Of a DNA stretch of 64,000 nucleotides, positions 21,981 through 34,200 are shown piece after piece (the first letter of the stretch is position 1; each line of letters opens with the position of its first letter). The stretch lies in NCBI GenBank assembly GCA_026914245.1, contig CP110440.1:2232001-2296000 (forward strand), in the 5' to 3' direction. Made by a program: the position numbers and the translations under genes. The notes under the pieces were generated by a model, which ran no database searches, was not told the DNA's origin, and saw only the letters and a program-made list of their open reading frames with translations. This DNA is from Puccinia triticina. Lineage: Eukaryota.

Positions 21981-24900
21981 TGTAATAATTGTAGGTAGAT
22001 TACTTTATTGAAACAGTTATAGATAAAGAACTCAATAAAAGTAATACACTTGTTGAAAAGAAAATATAACAATGGTTAGTTTTAACTAGCTGAAAAAAGG
22101 ATAAGAGTATTTGTAAATGAAAAAATGCCTTGAAAGATGAACCGCAGACAAGTGGAAATCTTGACACAAACACAACAACGGCGACGAGTAAACAGCAGGA
22201 ATGATCACAACAAAAGCAGCCTAGATATCATGAAGAAAACAATAGCGGTTAATAAACATGCATAGTCAATGTAGATTATAAACGTTCAAAAACAACTACC
22301 TGCCCAGAGACTGTTTCTAGCTCCTCCTGGATGCTTAAAGTCGGTGATTGATGTTATTGAGTCTTTGATTTGGAATTGAGCTGGGAACAAAGGAGAAAGA
22401 CTTCGAGTCTTAATCGGATCGATGATTTGTTCAACAAGGATGTCGGCGAATAAGAAGTGGGAAGAATAGAGTTATTGGCGGATAGAAATGGAATAGAGTT
22501 TGTCGGAGATGCGGGGAAGATGTGCGGAAACCAATTGATCGACAGGATGCTGGAAGTACATGTCATATGCATAATTCATATGCATAATGTGATGCATAGA
22601 CTTAAACAACGAATTGAATAATGTCCGAGTTTAAACGCGCGACACTCCTCCTAAACACGCACATTAAGTAAATGTAATTGTTTAGAAGCTGGAAGAAGTT
22701 TGATTATCCCAAGTGGCTTCGTCAACACATCGGCAATCATTTTGGTTGTTGAGACTTGTGAAACACAAAGAACTTTCATTGTAATCAGTTGTCGAACATA
22801 TTGAAAACAAATCTCGATGTGTTTGGTATTTGGATTAAGTTGCGGTTCTTTGCTTATGATTACAGCTGCAGAGTTGTTGTTAAAAAGCAATGGAGGATCC
22901 ACAGCGATGTTTAGCGATGTTATTAAGTTGGACATCCAGCGTAGCTGCTTCGCGCACTTATTCATTGAAATAAACTCAGCTTTGGTCGTAGATTGAGCGA
23001 CAACAGATTGCTTTTTTGTAGTCCAGGATATCGGATTACCGTAGAATGTGATAACATAACCGGAAATAGATTGCTTAGTAACCAATGAAGTACCGTAATC
23101 CGCGTCAGCCCACCCGCACAAAGCATCAGTTTGCTGGCCCTTTTGAAAATGAATGCCAACATTGGCTGTGCCTCGTAAATATCGGAGAAGGTGTTTGATC
23201 AGAGACCAGTGACACAGGGAAGGGGAAGATGAGAACTGAGCCAAAACGTTGACTTTAAATGCAATATATGGCCGGGTATGTAATGCCAGATAGTTTAGCA
23301 TGCCAACCGCTTTTTGCATTGTCTTGACATCAAAGGGTGGCGAGTTTTTGGCTATTAATCGGTGAAAGTTCATCGGAGATGGCGCTTTTACCGTTGTCGC
23401 ATTGGACATGCCGAATTCCTTGATAATTTTACACGCAAAATCAGATTGATGAACAACAAGAGATCCGTCTTTTCGCCAATCAAGAGTATAACCCAGGTGT
23501 TGAGTTGGTCGTTCTTTGACTTTGAGCGTATACGATTTCTTCAAATCATCAAGGAACCGAAGAATATTTTGATGATTGTTACCAACAATAAAACCGTTGT
23601 CCACATGCATATGCAGCAAAATTGAATTGTCGAAGTTGTGAAACAGTGCATCGTCAAGCAGCGATGCCTCAAACCCAATGGCTTTTAGCGACGAAACTAA
23701 GTGAGCCTTCCACATTCGTGGCGCCTGTTTCGTGCCGTACAAAGACTTTTTCAGTTTCCACACCCAGCCTTTCTTCTTTGGATCCGGGTCCTCAAAACCA
23801 AGAACTTGCAAAACGTATATTGATGCATCAATGTTACCGTAAAGAAAAGCTGTTTCGACATCGAATTGAAAAACAAATAGACCTTTGTCTACCGCAAGTG
23901 AAAGCATCATTTTGAAAGATTCGTTCCTCGCCACCAAAGAGTACGTCTCGAAAAAATGAATCATGTGTTCTTGATGATTACCAAATACCACCCAACGCGC
24001 TTTGTGACGAACCACCTCCTTGAATTCATTAAGTTTCTTCGTTAACAACCACATACCGCCTATCGTCTTGTCATTGGTGGGAGGCGGAACAAGAGTTCCA
24101 GTGTTTTTTGATTGAAGAGAGTTGAATTCGGCAGATAGAGCAGATTCCCATTGCGGTAAGGAGTTTGTGTCATTCATGGCTTCATTGATTGAAACGGATT
24201 TCGTCAAGTTTAAATCCGGAAATTCTGATACTGAAGCAAAACTCAAATCCGGAAGATCACGGTTCATTCGACGCGAACCTTTGACGATGTTGGAGGGAGT
24301 TACCGAAGAATTAATATCTCTAGGGGCGAGTTGATTTCGAGAACCCCACTCATAAGTGAAGTATTTCGTCGACTGTTGTGAGTTTGAAGAAGGCGGAACG
24401 TCAGCTCCTTGAGTAACAGTTGACGAAGGCGAGGGATCAAGCGGTAAGGGATCAGGCGGGAGCATAGGAGTAGGAGACGGTAGAAGGGGAGGGGGCGAAA
24501 CAGGAGGAGAACGTGGCGATGAAGGAGGAGAGTTTGACGCAGACTGAGATTTATGTTTTGAACGAGTTTTGGTGTTTGACACATCAATAGTAATATGTTC
24601 ATCGCGTGAAGGAAAGTCTGCAGATGATGTGGGCAAAGTTGAAGATAACTTCATCATAGCAGCCTTAGAATTATACGGAAAAGATAGGATTGAAGGGGTA
24701 TAGTCCCGGCTTATCACCGTATGGCGAGAAATTGGATCAAAGAAACGCATAGCATCTGATCTGGACTCATAGCCAAGGAATAGAAATGGTTTCGAGGGAG
24801 GAAGGACTTTGAATGATGGTGATTGCGTGTGAACGTAAACTTTTAGACCAAATGGCAGTAGAGTATGGACCTGTCTTACTTGTTCTATACATGAATGATA

Positions 24901-27652
24901 ATTGACTAAAACCGAATTTGGTGAATTCCAGTTGATCGCTGAGGAAGGAAGCATGTTGATTAAAGATGAGGCAAATTTTGCCGCTTCATCCCAGTAGTTT
25001 AGAGGAACAGAACATTGAGCCAACATACACCGCATTTTCATAAGTAGCGTTTGATTGAAGCGTTCTGCTAAACCATTCGTCTGTGGGGAGTTCGCCGGTC
25101 CTTGCTTGAGAGATATGCCGCGCTGAGACAGAAAAGTCTTGAAGATGACTGAACCAAATTCGCCACCTTGATCGGTATGAAGAATAGAAGGAGTCACATC
25201 TAGAACATTTTTTATTTCATTCAAATATGACATGATCTTCGTTTCTGATTCCGATTTTTTCTGCATAAGAAAAATCCGATTAAATCGTGAGAAATCATCG
25301 ATGAGAACCAATATATATCGGAAGGAGTTTCGAGAATTCGGCGACACCTGCAACACATCCATATGAATCATCTTGAATGGACTAGAAGCGGACGGAAGGG
25401 GATTACTGTGTGAAGAACGCTTTAATTTCGCCATTCTACACACCTCGCAGTTTATTGAAGAGCCGGTTTTTTTGTTCGGTGAGATCTTCATCAAATCGAA
25501 GAATTTCTTGAGATATACGTCCGAAGGGTGACCCAAAATAATATGCCAATCTTTAAGCATATTATTTTCTTTCATTGAAAAAAGAGCTTTGGTCGTGACT
25601 ACACTTGAACCGGATGAAACGTATAAATTGCCTGTTCGTGGAAACTGTTTGATAACCGTCGAGCCCATATAGACTAGGAACAACTTGTTCTTATGGACAC
25701 AGCGAAAACCATGATCTTCAAGTTGCGAAACCAATATGAGGTTGCATTTCCCAGATGGAGCTAAATAAACGGGAAAGATATCGTATTTTCCGAAGCGCAT
25801 CGAACCCATGTGAGTAATTTCCACTGAACCGGAATAAGTCCTCATCTTCTTGTTGACAATTTGAATATTCAACAAAAGACGCTCATTGGATACAGTCGAT
25901 TTTGATGCTCCAGTGTCAAGAACTAAACAAATTTTCTCGTTATCGATCGGTCCCACATGAAATGTGTTTTCATCTTTGACATAGAAACCTGTATCCTCCA
26001 AGTTGGTGTCTTCAACTAATTCAGACACAGCATTGGCGACCTCTTCTTCATTGGATTCCTCGATAGAATTTAAACGCTGACTCCGAAGTTTGGTCAATGA
26101 TTCAATCAGTTGATCAAGCTCCTGATCGCTCATTTTGATTTTTGATGAGGAGGATGGAGGCAAAGTAATCCAATTCTTTGTCGGAACCACATTTCTGAAT
26201 TTCTTTTCGACTGCCTTGAACTTGTCCTTGTTTGGTCGAGTAAAAGGTTTTGACAAAACTGCATTAATCGTACCAGATAGTTCATTGTGGCTGTGCTCGA
26301 TGCTCATTTGGGTCGCAAGTTTTTCAAAGGTGAAAGGATCGGTGTCAAACAAATTTTGAATCAGAGAGGCAAGAGAATCGTCATGTCGAAAGCTTTTAAG
26401 GAAAAACATTCCAGCCATTGCTGTATCGACTTGCATATGCTTTGTGACGAGTTGAGCCGACTTGAGAGAAGTATACATAGATTGAAATTTACTAATATGA
26501 GCAGCAATTGAAGTTCCAGGAACGTAGTCGCGATGAATGAGTGTGTAAAGCTTGTCTCCAAGCTTAATTAAAGACTGTTCACCGCATGCTTCAGCTAAAT
26601 CTGTCATAGCCTTGGAAAAAGAATTGGCTGCTTGAACGACGGAGTACAAATCGGCAGATACACATAATTCGAGAAGCGTGTATGCATTGGCGGTCTTCTT
26701 TTGGAATTTCTTCTCTGATTTGTGAGCTTCACACCATGCGACATCGAAGACTTCTTCATCTCCACGTCCTACGATAAGATTCTTGAACGATTTCTTCCAT
26801 TCTGGATAATTATCCCGGCGAAGTTTTGTGATTTGAATCTTATTGCCTTGATGATCATTATCACTAGACGAAGATTCATTGACATTTGGATTGATGACCG
26901 GAAGTTCTGCCATCTTGTTCGTTTAGATCTAGAAGTGATTCTTATTTTGAGTTCTTTAACTGTCAAGTAATGCTCTCGCTACCATGTAATAATTGTAGGT
27001 AGATTACTTTATTGAAACAGTTATAGATAAAGAACTAAATAAAAGTAATACACTTGTTGAAAAGAAAATATAACAATGGTTAGTTTTAACTAGCTGAAAA
27101 AAGGATAAGAGTATTTGCAAATGAAAAAATACCTTGAAATTAAGATGAACCGCAGACAAGTGGAAATCTTGACACAAACACAACAACGGCGACGAGTAAA
27201 CAGCAGGAATGATCACAACAAAAGCAGCCTAGATATCATGAAGAAAACAATAGCGGTTAATAAACATGCATAGTCAATGTAGATTATAAACGTTCAAAAA
27301 CAACTACCTGCCCAGAGACTGTTTCTAGCTCCTCCTGGATGCTTAAAGTCGGCAATTGATGTTATTGAGTATTTGATTTGGAATTGAGCTGGGAACGAAG
27401 GAGAAAGACTTTGAGTCTTAATTGGATCGATGATTTGTTCGACGAGGATGTCGGCGAATAAGAAGTGGGAAGAATAGAGTTATTGGCGGATAGAAATGGA
27501 ATAGAGTTTGTCGGAGATGCGGGGAAGATGTGCGGAAACCAATCGATTGACAGGATGCCGGAAGTACACGTCATATGCATAATTCATATGCATAATGTGA
27601 TGCATAGACTTAAACAACGAATTGAATAATGTCCGAGTTTAAACGCGCGACA
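21981..27652 (-). mobile_element. Ty1/Copia LTR retrotransposon (Copia-1), full length
   Basis: LTRs at 21981-22644 and 26985-27652 with TG..CA ends. TSD CATAC/CACAC (1 mismatch). PBS TGGTAGCGAGAG (26973-26984, minus strand; consistent with an initiator-Met tRNA 3' end). PPT AGGAGGAG next to the 3' LTR. Confidence 0.95.
22651..26913 (-). CDS. Copia gag-pol polyprotein (PR-IN-RT-RH order), open frame with mutated catalytic residues
   Basis: 1420 aa: VLDTGAS (PR), WHIILGHPS..CEVC, IHMDV/TDQGGEF/NGLAERFN (IN), QFDVETAFLYG and HVDNG (RT), ADADYG (RH). Confidence 0.93.
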   Translation of the reverse strand: MAELPVINPNVNESSSSDNDHQGNKIQITKLRRDNYPEWKKSFKNLIVGRGDEEVFDVAWCEAHKSEKKFQKKTANAYTLLELCVSADLYSVVQAANSFSKAMTDLAEACGEQSLIKLGDKLYTLIHRDYVPGTSIAAHISKFQSMYTSLKSAQLVTKHMQVDTAMAGMFFLKSFRHDDSLASLIQNLFDTDPFTFEKLATQMSIEHSHNELSGTINAVLSKPFTRPNKDKFKAVEKKFRNVVPTKNWITLPPSSSSKIKMSDQELDQLIESLTKLRSQRLNSIEESNEEEVANAVSELVEDTNLEDTGFYVKDENTFHVGPIDNEKICLVLDTGASKSTVSNERLLLNIQIVNKKMRTYSGSVEITHMGSMRFGKYDIFPVYLAPSGKCNLILVSQLEDHGFRCVHKNKLFLVYMGSTVIKQFPRTGNLYVSSGSSVVTTKALFSMKENNMLKDWHIILGHPSDVYLKKFFDLMKISPNKKTGSSINCEVCRMAKLKRSSHSNPLPSASSPFKMIHMDVLQVSPNSRNSFRYILVLIDDFSRFNRIFLMQKKSESETKIMSYLNEIKNVLDVTPSILHTDQGGEFGSVIFKTFLSQRGISLKQGPANSPQTNGLAERFNQTLLMKMRCMLAQCSVPLNYWDEAAKFASSLINMLPSSAINWNSPNSVLVNYHSCIEQVRQVHTLLPFGLKVYVHTQSPSFKVLPPSKPFLFLGYESRSDAMRFFDPISRHTVISRDYTPSILSFPYNSKAAMMKLSSTLPTSSADFPSRDEHITIDVSNTKTRSKHKSQSASNSPPSSPRSPPVSPPPLLPSPTPMLPPDPLPLDPSPSSTVTQGADVPPSSNSQQSTKYFTYEWGSRNQLAPRDINSSVTPSNIVKGSRRMNRDLPDLSFASVSEFPDLNLTKSVSINEAMNDTNSLPQWESALSAEFNSLQSKNTGTLVPPPTNDKTIGGMWLLTKKLNEFKEVVRHKARWVVFGNHQEHMIHFFETYSLVARNESFKMMLSLAVDKGLFVFQFDVETAFLYGNIDASIYVLQVLGFEDPDPKKKGWVWKLKKSLYGTKQAPRMWKAHLVSSLKAIGFEASLLDDALFHNFDNSILLHMHVDNGFIVGNNHQNILRFLDDLKKSYTLKVKERPTQHLGYTLDWRKDGSLVVHQSDFACKIIKEFGMSNATTVKAPSPMNFHRLIAKNSPPFDVKTMQKAVGMLNYLALHTRPYIAFKVNVLAQFSSSPSLCHWSLIKHLLRYLRGTANVGIHFQKGQQTDALCGWADADYGTSLVTKQSISGYVITFYGNPISWTTKKQSVVAQSTTKAEFISMNKCAKQLRWMSNLITSLNIAVDPPLLFNNNSAAVIISKEPQLNPNTKHIEICFQYVRQLITMKVLCVSQVSTTKMIADVLTKPLGIIKLLPASKQLHLLNVRV

Positions 27653-27976
27653 CACACACCGGTCATTGAGTGGACTGAGACCCACTTGATGACCGGCACA
27701 TACCGGTCATCGAGTGGACTGAGACCCACTTGATGACCGGCACACACCGGTCATCGAGTGGACTGAGACCCACTTGATGACCGGCACACACCGGTCATCG
27801 AGTGGACTGAGACCCACTCAATGACTGGCACAAGCCAGTCATCGAGAGCGAGTGGGTCTCAGTCCACTCAATGACCGGTGTGTGCCGGTCATCGAGTGGG
27901 TATCAGTCCACTCGATGACCGGTATGTGCCGGTCATCAAGTGGGTCTCAGTCCACTCGATGACCGGTGTGTGCCGG

Positions 27977-28806
27977 TGTGGAACTCCGTCCGTGCGTGGG
28001 CCGGCGGCAGTTCTGGGAGGGATTTGAGTGATGTAGTGATGAGTGCCCTCCTGTGAATAAGGTCGGATGAGCTGAAGATCAGGAAGCGAGGAAGTTGGAT
28101 GATTGTTTTACGACGGCGTTGAGCGCGCGTCGGCGGTTTGAGTTATTCGAAAAAGAGGTGGGGGCTAATGGTGCCTAAGTCGCTTTGAGAGATCACGAAG
28201 CAAACGCCAAGAGTTGGGGAAACGAGGGGATCGACAGAAGAATTGAGAAGTTAGAGTTCTAACTCTGTCTTCGAGGGATCAAGAAGGTTTGAGATTGACG
28301 GATATTGCGAGAAAGGCCGCCGTACAGGCAACAGAAAAGGAAGCGGAGACTCGAATGAATATTCTAGGATCAATATAAGCTCAGCGAAAGCACTACGAAG
28401 CCACTCTCAGATCGGGATTGAAAAAGCTGATAGAATTCCTCCTTGGATCAGAAAGGGTTCTCTGCCTCCCCTTCGGCTAAGCTTGGATGAACTTAGACTC
28501 CAGGGAAGCGCCGCGCACTGCGGACCCATCATCATGCCCCGCGTGCCCAAAACAAAAAAAAGAAAAGCATAATAAAGGAAAAGGAACCAACCCGCCACCT
28601 TCAAAACCTCCAACGCGCGCACAGAGAGAAAAGGGAATAAGAATAATAAAAAAAAGAAAACAAGATAACCAGCACCAGGACATAAGGAAACAAAGAACAG
28701 AGGAGCAACAAAAAGGAAACTAGAGACGCCTCGCCGTACCCGCTGCGCGCCGAGCCGAACTGAGTTTTGACCGTGATTCCCTGACTGTACCGTGTTGCGC
28801 ACCACA
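27977..28806. mobile_element. Solo LTR inserted in a palindromic unit
   Basis: TGTGG...CCACA ends, 4-bp TSD CCGG. Removing it restores the unit GTGTGCCGGTCATCAAG. Confidence 0.8.
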
Positions 28807-30276
28807 CCGGTCATCAAGTGGGTCTCAGTCCACTTGATGACCGGTATGTGCCGGTCATCGAGTGGGTCTCAGTCCACTCGATGACCGGTATGTGCCGGTC
28901 ATCGAGTGGGTCTCAGTCCACTCAATGACCGGTGTGTGCCGGTCATCAAGTGGGTCTCAGTCCACTCGATGACCGGTGTGTGCCGGTCATCAAGTGGGTC
29001 TCAGTCCACTCGATGACCGGTATGTGCCGGCATCGAGTGGGTTGTGTACCTCTCGATGACTGGCTTGTGCCAGTCATTGAGTGGGTCTCAGTCCACTCGA
29101 TGACCGGTGTGTGCCGGTCATCGAGTGGGTCTCAGTCCACTCGATGACCGGCGTGTACCGGCATCAAGAGGGTTGTGTACCCCCTCAATGACTGGACTGT
29201 GCCGTTCATTGAGGGGTTTGAGTCCGGTCATCGAGTGGGTTGGGAGGGGTTGCTCCCGGTCGACGCCCTTGTACCCAAGTGGATGGGAGGCATCCATGAG
29301 GTCGCACCATGGACTTGTGCCATTGTCAAGGCTGAGTCTGAGGACACCTGGAGGCACAGCGCTTAAAATTGAGCACTGAGCAGCTGTGCCTTGTGGCTTG
29401 GCACTTGGCCACGCTGAGCTAGCCTGGAAGCAAGCTGGAAGTGCCCTGGAAGAACCCAGATACTGATCAAAGTACTAGCATGGTAACTGCATGTCAACTG
29501 ACATCAGTTTCTTGAGTTTTTTTTGTAGTGAGGTTTTTTCAACGTGGAACCAATGGGGTTCACACTTTTCCCCGTTGGTTCCACAATGTGCCTTCCTGGC
29601 ATGCGTGGAGACCACGTCAGCTTGTTGCTCACGTTGGTTCCACGGCATTTTCTTTTTTTTTTTCCCTTCCAGCCAAGACCACCTCAGGCTGGTCCTGAGG
29701 TTTTGAAAGACCAACAAAACTTGATTTTGAAGACAGGAAAAAAAACTTAACAAACAAACCTGTCGCAAACCCAATTGCAAACCCTTGTTTGGGGGGTTGA
29801 TAGAGTGTAAAGAAGCAGGGTTCAACAATGTGAAGTGGCTGTCACAGCGGGAAATTGGGTGTCGCACGCAGCCCGCAGCAACACCCGCGTAAAGGGGGTC
29901 CCCTTGGCTCGGGTGTCACTGCGGGCTGCGTGCAACATCCGATTGCCCGCTGTGTGTGTTGTGTGGCACTCCCTCTCATCCAAGTTCCCTGCCTTGATTC
30001 TGAGTTCGACTCCCACAGGCGACAGTTTTTAACAAGCTACCCCCGCTGAATTTTTAAGGCCCGCCTACGTGGCCACGTGGATTCCACGGGTACACATCTG
30101 TAAGTATCCGTGGGATCCTCGGGGCCATCACAAGGTGCCCCGTGATCCACTCGGTGGAGGTCACGTGAACGTGCAACCTCGTGCGCGGCTACTACGTGGA
30201 GTCCTTGTGGAATCCGCGTGATTTCCCCGTGGATGGACTCCCCGGGTGTACCAACTCTGATCAGGTTGTTACTTTA

Positions 30277-30714
30277 CAGCCAATCCGAAAAAGCTTGGAT
30301 GCTTTGGAGGGAATTTCCACTGGAAATTCCTATGGGATTTTCCAACCTTGTATGCAATGAAGTGACAAGGTTGGACATTTTGATATATGCAGGATGCCTA
30401 TATCAAAATCAGGCAAGCTCAATCAGAGACTTCTGGCTGTTTTTCCCGGATTTTGATTACAGAATCAGAATCCTTGACCAATTTTCACCCTGGACTCCCG
30501 CTCCGACGAACGCACCCGGGTGTCATGGTGCCGGTCCCCCCAGCGGCCTGCATTTTTTTTCGCTACCGAACGGCGCCACCAATAGCAACTGCGCTCGCGG
30601 GGATGGATATCCATCTGTCAAACTGTGTTGTTGGATACACACAGGTTGGCAAATCCAGAAAGAATTTCCGCTGGAAATTCCATCCAAAGAAGCCAAGCTT
30701 TTTCGGATTGGCTG
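30277..30714. mobile_element. Tc1/mariner-type MITE
   Basis: TIR CAGCCAATCCGAAAAAGCTTGG, extending imperfectly to ~100 bp. TA on both sides. Confidence 0.85.
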
Positions 30715-31204
30715 TAATGGCTGCCATCAACTGTAAACCCCCTCCCTCCCTCGGGGTTCACAAGGCCACAATTCATGTCACACATAGATACATAGCCTGT
30801 TCATCTTCCTTCCTTGGCTCAGCAGATGATCCCCTCTCTCTCTGAGCCAGGTAAGCATTTCATTCCTTCACTTGTCTTTCTTTTCTCTTCTCCTATTCTA
30901 GTTGTACTTAGCAGAGAACTGATCCCCTCTCTGTCTGAGCCAGCCTTCCTCCTGCAATACACTTACTTGGGCACTAGAAATTTCGAGACGAGCTCTCAGC
31001 GCCATCCTTACGACCTTTAGTGAAGAGTCCAAACGGGACTCTTACATCAACGCACCCACATCGGTATTTATTAAGGATACTGTACAACATGGAAGGACCT
31101 TGACAAAAGCAAGGATGTTCATTGAGAAGCGACCGATGATCAAAGCAGGCTTCGGAGACCACGGGTCTGGCTAGGCTGCGAAAAAAAAAAAGGACAGCTG
31201 CGGC

Positions 31205-34200
31205 TCATTCGTCACAATCGTCCCAAGCCACTCCCAGCACTTCGACTTCCTCGACGCCGATCGACACCTTGCTCTTTCCGGCCGTCGGTGCGCCAGTGTC
31301 TGATCCGGCGACGGAGCGCCGGGCCTCCCGCGCGTCGTGCATGGTGGTGTCTTCTCCAGCCGGCTGGGATGGCCCGGCGGGGTCTCCGAGAGCTGCACCT
31401 TGCTGTACATATGATACGATGGCGTTTAGCGGGTTTGGAGCTCTGTGGATCAGAAGCGAAGGCGCTTTACCTTGGTCGGCGTGGCTCGTCTCTCGATGGT
31501 CCCGCCTCCGACTGCCGGATCGGCGGTGATTGACGACAGGCCCGAGATGGAGCCAGAGCCGATAGACCGATCCTCCGGGGGCCGCATCTGCGCGCGGCGA
31601 GAAGCGACAGAACACACAGCAATGATTCAAGCAATTTCAGAAAACCTGAAGACGCTTCCGCGCGGAGGATCAGGGAAACTGTCACGCCGCTGTAAACGCA
31701 CTTGCTCATCCGCATCAGTGGACGTTTCCTGCCTCTCAAACTTCGCCAACAGCTTGGCCTCCGTCCCGGTCCCTGGCGAGAAGTAGAGCTTATCGCGGAG
31801 CTTTTTCTGCTCGTATGATTCATTGACGGCCATGTTCTTGATGTACCTCTTCGATTGGCTAGGCTTGCTCGCACTGCGTCTCTCCGACTCCAAAAGCCCA
31901 GAGTTCTTCGACCGCGCGGCAGTCTTCGGGCATATGAAATTTTCGTTCTCTAGGCGGTGTCTGATTTGGGACACCGTCGACACGTCCACCTCTGGTGTTC
32001 CGCGAAATGTTTCCAAGTCAGCCCCGTTTCATGAACATCCAGCACTTTTATCTGACCACTTACCCAGACGACGCGCGAGATCCTTCAGGGCAGGCGGTAT
32101 CCCTTCTTTCTGGATTCAACAAAAAAAAGGCGACAAACGTATCAGTTTGGTTCAATGTGCTCTGCGCCATACCCTTTATGAAGAACAACTCGCGTAAATG
32201 ATCTGAAGAGTTCGGCGGAAAATACAAAGCCCTCTTAGTCCTTCAAGCGCAATGTTGATATCATCTTCCCTCTTCCATATTTCCTCGAGGTCCATCCCTT
32301 TATGTATGCGACAACGATAACAAGTGAAGAACTCTGGGATCCTCGGATCTTTTGCGGAAGTATAGCCATAGCAATTCAAGTGTCTCCATCGTTTGCAGAT
32401 CTCGCATCTGATCATGTCTTGGTCGTCATTTGCGTCTCTGCATTCGCATATGTCGCTCTTGTTCGCCGTGGGCGGCCACTTGATTTTTGAAGACTTCATC
32501 TTCTTGTTTGAGTCGCTTTTTCGCACCCCGCCGTGATCCGTCTTGGCTTTCAAGGCCTCGGGCTCTTTGGGTCGCGATTTTTCCGCAGCGGGGGGGACAG
32601 GCAAAACTTTGGCTTTCAATTGCGTCGCACTTGTCGGAGAAAAAGATTCGATTGGATCGAAGGAATCGGGAAGAGACTCGACGTTTGCTTTCACTCTAGC
32701 GGCGTTTAGGGTTTGGGTAAAAATACTGCCATCTTCAATCGGATCCTCCATGGTATCTACGGAATTAGGAACTTCTGGTTTCGAGTCCACAGCTGCCTTC
32801 TCCTGAAGAATAGCGGAATTGTTGAGTTTTTCGGCTCCGGGAATACCATCGCGTTTTCCATGAGATTGTACTGATTTATTTTTCGGTTCGACGGATTTTA
32901 GGGACCATGTGAGGTTGTCCGGTCTTAGACTGACGGGGGTAGACTGGGTCTGGACTTCAGTTTGGGTTGAATTTAACATCATGGCGCTTTCTGGAAGCAC
33001 GTTGGCGTCAGGGGTAGCTTTCCTTTTCAAGATCTTAACAACACCTTTCCCGTTTTCGTTCGGATTTTCGTCCTGGCGGGGGAACGGTACGAAGCGGCCA
33101 TTGCGATCACGCCTTCCGATTGGCTCGGCTGTCGATTGTGCGTCCATCATGTTGAAGCCGTTGGGCGTCATGGGAGGGGACGGAGCTAAGATCATCTCCG
33201 TGTCCCACACAATCTCTCGCTCTTTTGCTTCTTCCCTAACCTTTTTTAGCTCGATTTCACGAAGCTCGAGTGGCGATTTGCCCTTCGGAGCAGCTTTGGA
33301 ATCCGAGGCATTAGGTTCCGGCAGATATCCCGAAATGGTGGCCAGTGCCACCCGAACCCTGCTCATGCACTTTCGAAATCAACATGCAGCTCGAATGCTT
33401 TGAGCTTTATGACCATTCACTTACGCGTGGAATCCGGTGTCTATTCTTCCCATCTCCGTCGCGCTTGGAACTTCCTCTACGCCTGAGGTACCAAAGGTGA
33501 ATCGATCGAGCTCCACATCACCAGCTGTGAAATGAGGTGGCTCGTAATCCAATGGTGTTTGACTTCGTTGAGGCGATCGAAGCGATTAGTTGAGGGGCTC
33601 ATAAGAAAAAAAAAAAAAAAAAAAAAAACGAACTCATTGTAATGCAACTTGAAGGTCAGGAAACGTCGACCATGTATGTCAGACAAGCTTTGGGTTGAGC
33701 ATATTAAGCTTGTATGAGACCGAAGTTTTTGTTTTCAGTTAGCATTGGATGAATCAGGACAATTACGGAAAGGCGGAAGTAGATACTTTTTGATCAGGGC
33801 TTGCACTTGTCTCTTGACCATCCCACACGTCTTTCTGGATTGTTGAGGGTCATTGTCGTTGAGGATTGAGATCTTGCCGCCCAAAGACAGCTCTCGGAGC
33901 TGGTCCCTGACTTCTAGCTCAGGCACCAACTCGCCTTCGCGCTCTTTACTTTTGGAGTAGGTGATGTTAAACCTGTGGATTTGGAGGGGTTTGCGATGGC
34001 ATCAACGCACACTGGCTGTTGTAAAGAGTTCCGGAGAGAAGGCAGCAACGGACGTGTAGCACTCGATCACGTCGCGGGGCTTGTTGGGATCCAAGTACAT
34101 GGCAAACAGCAATTGGCGAAGATAGCCGCGCTGGATCGCATCCATCGCTCCCTCGTCCTTCGCCAAACATCCATGCCCAAACCACATAACAAAAATCAAA

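Larger units (their letters stand above)
21755..29265. repeat. Foldback array of 44-bp palindromic units hosting a Copia and a solo LTR
   Basis: Unit CACTCGATGACCGG-cacaca-CCGGTCATCGAGTGGACTGAGACC, period 44 bp. Orientation switches near 27830. Outer arms GTCGACCAGGAGGAATCCCTCCC (21758) and GGGAGGGGTTGCTCCCGGTCGAC (29242). Confidence 0.85.

Noticed and set aside
22560..22600. ATGCAT-rich motifs shared by the Copia-1 LTR and the TRIM interior, suggesting partnership
   Set aside because: Low-complexity similarity only; termini and PBS differ.
27653..29160. CRISPR-like palindromic repeats
   Set aside because: Spacers are identical, so this is a tandem minisatellite.
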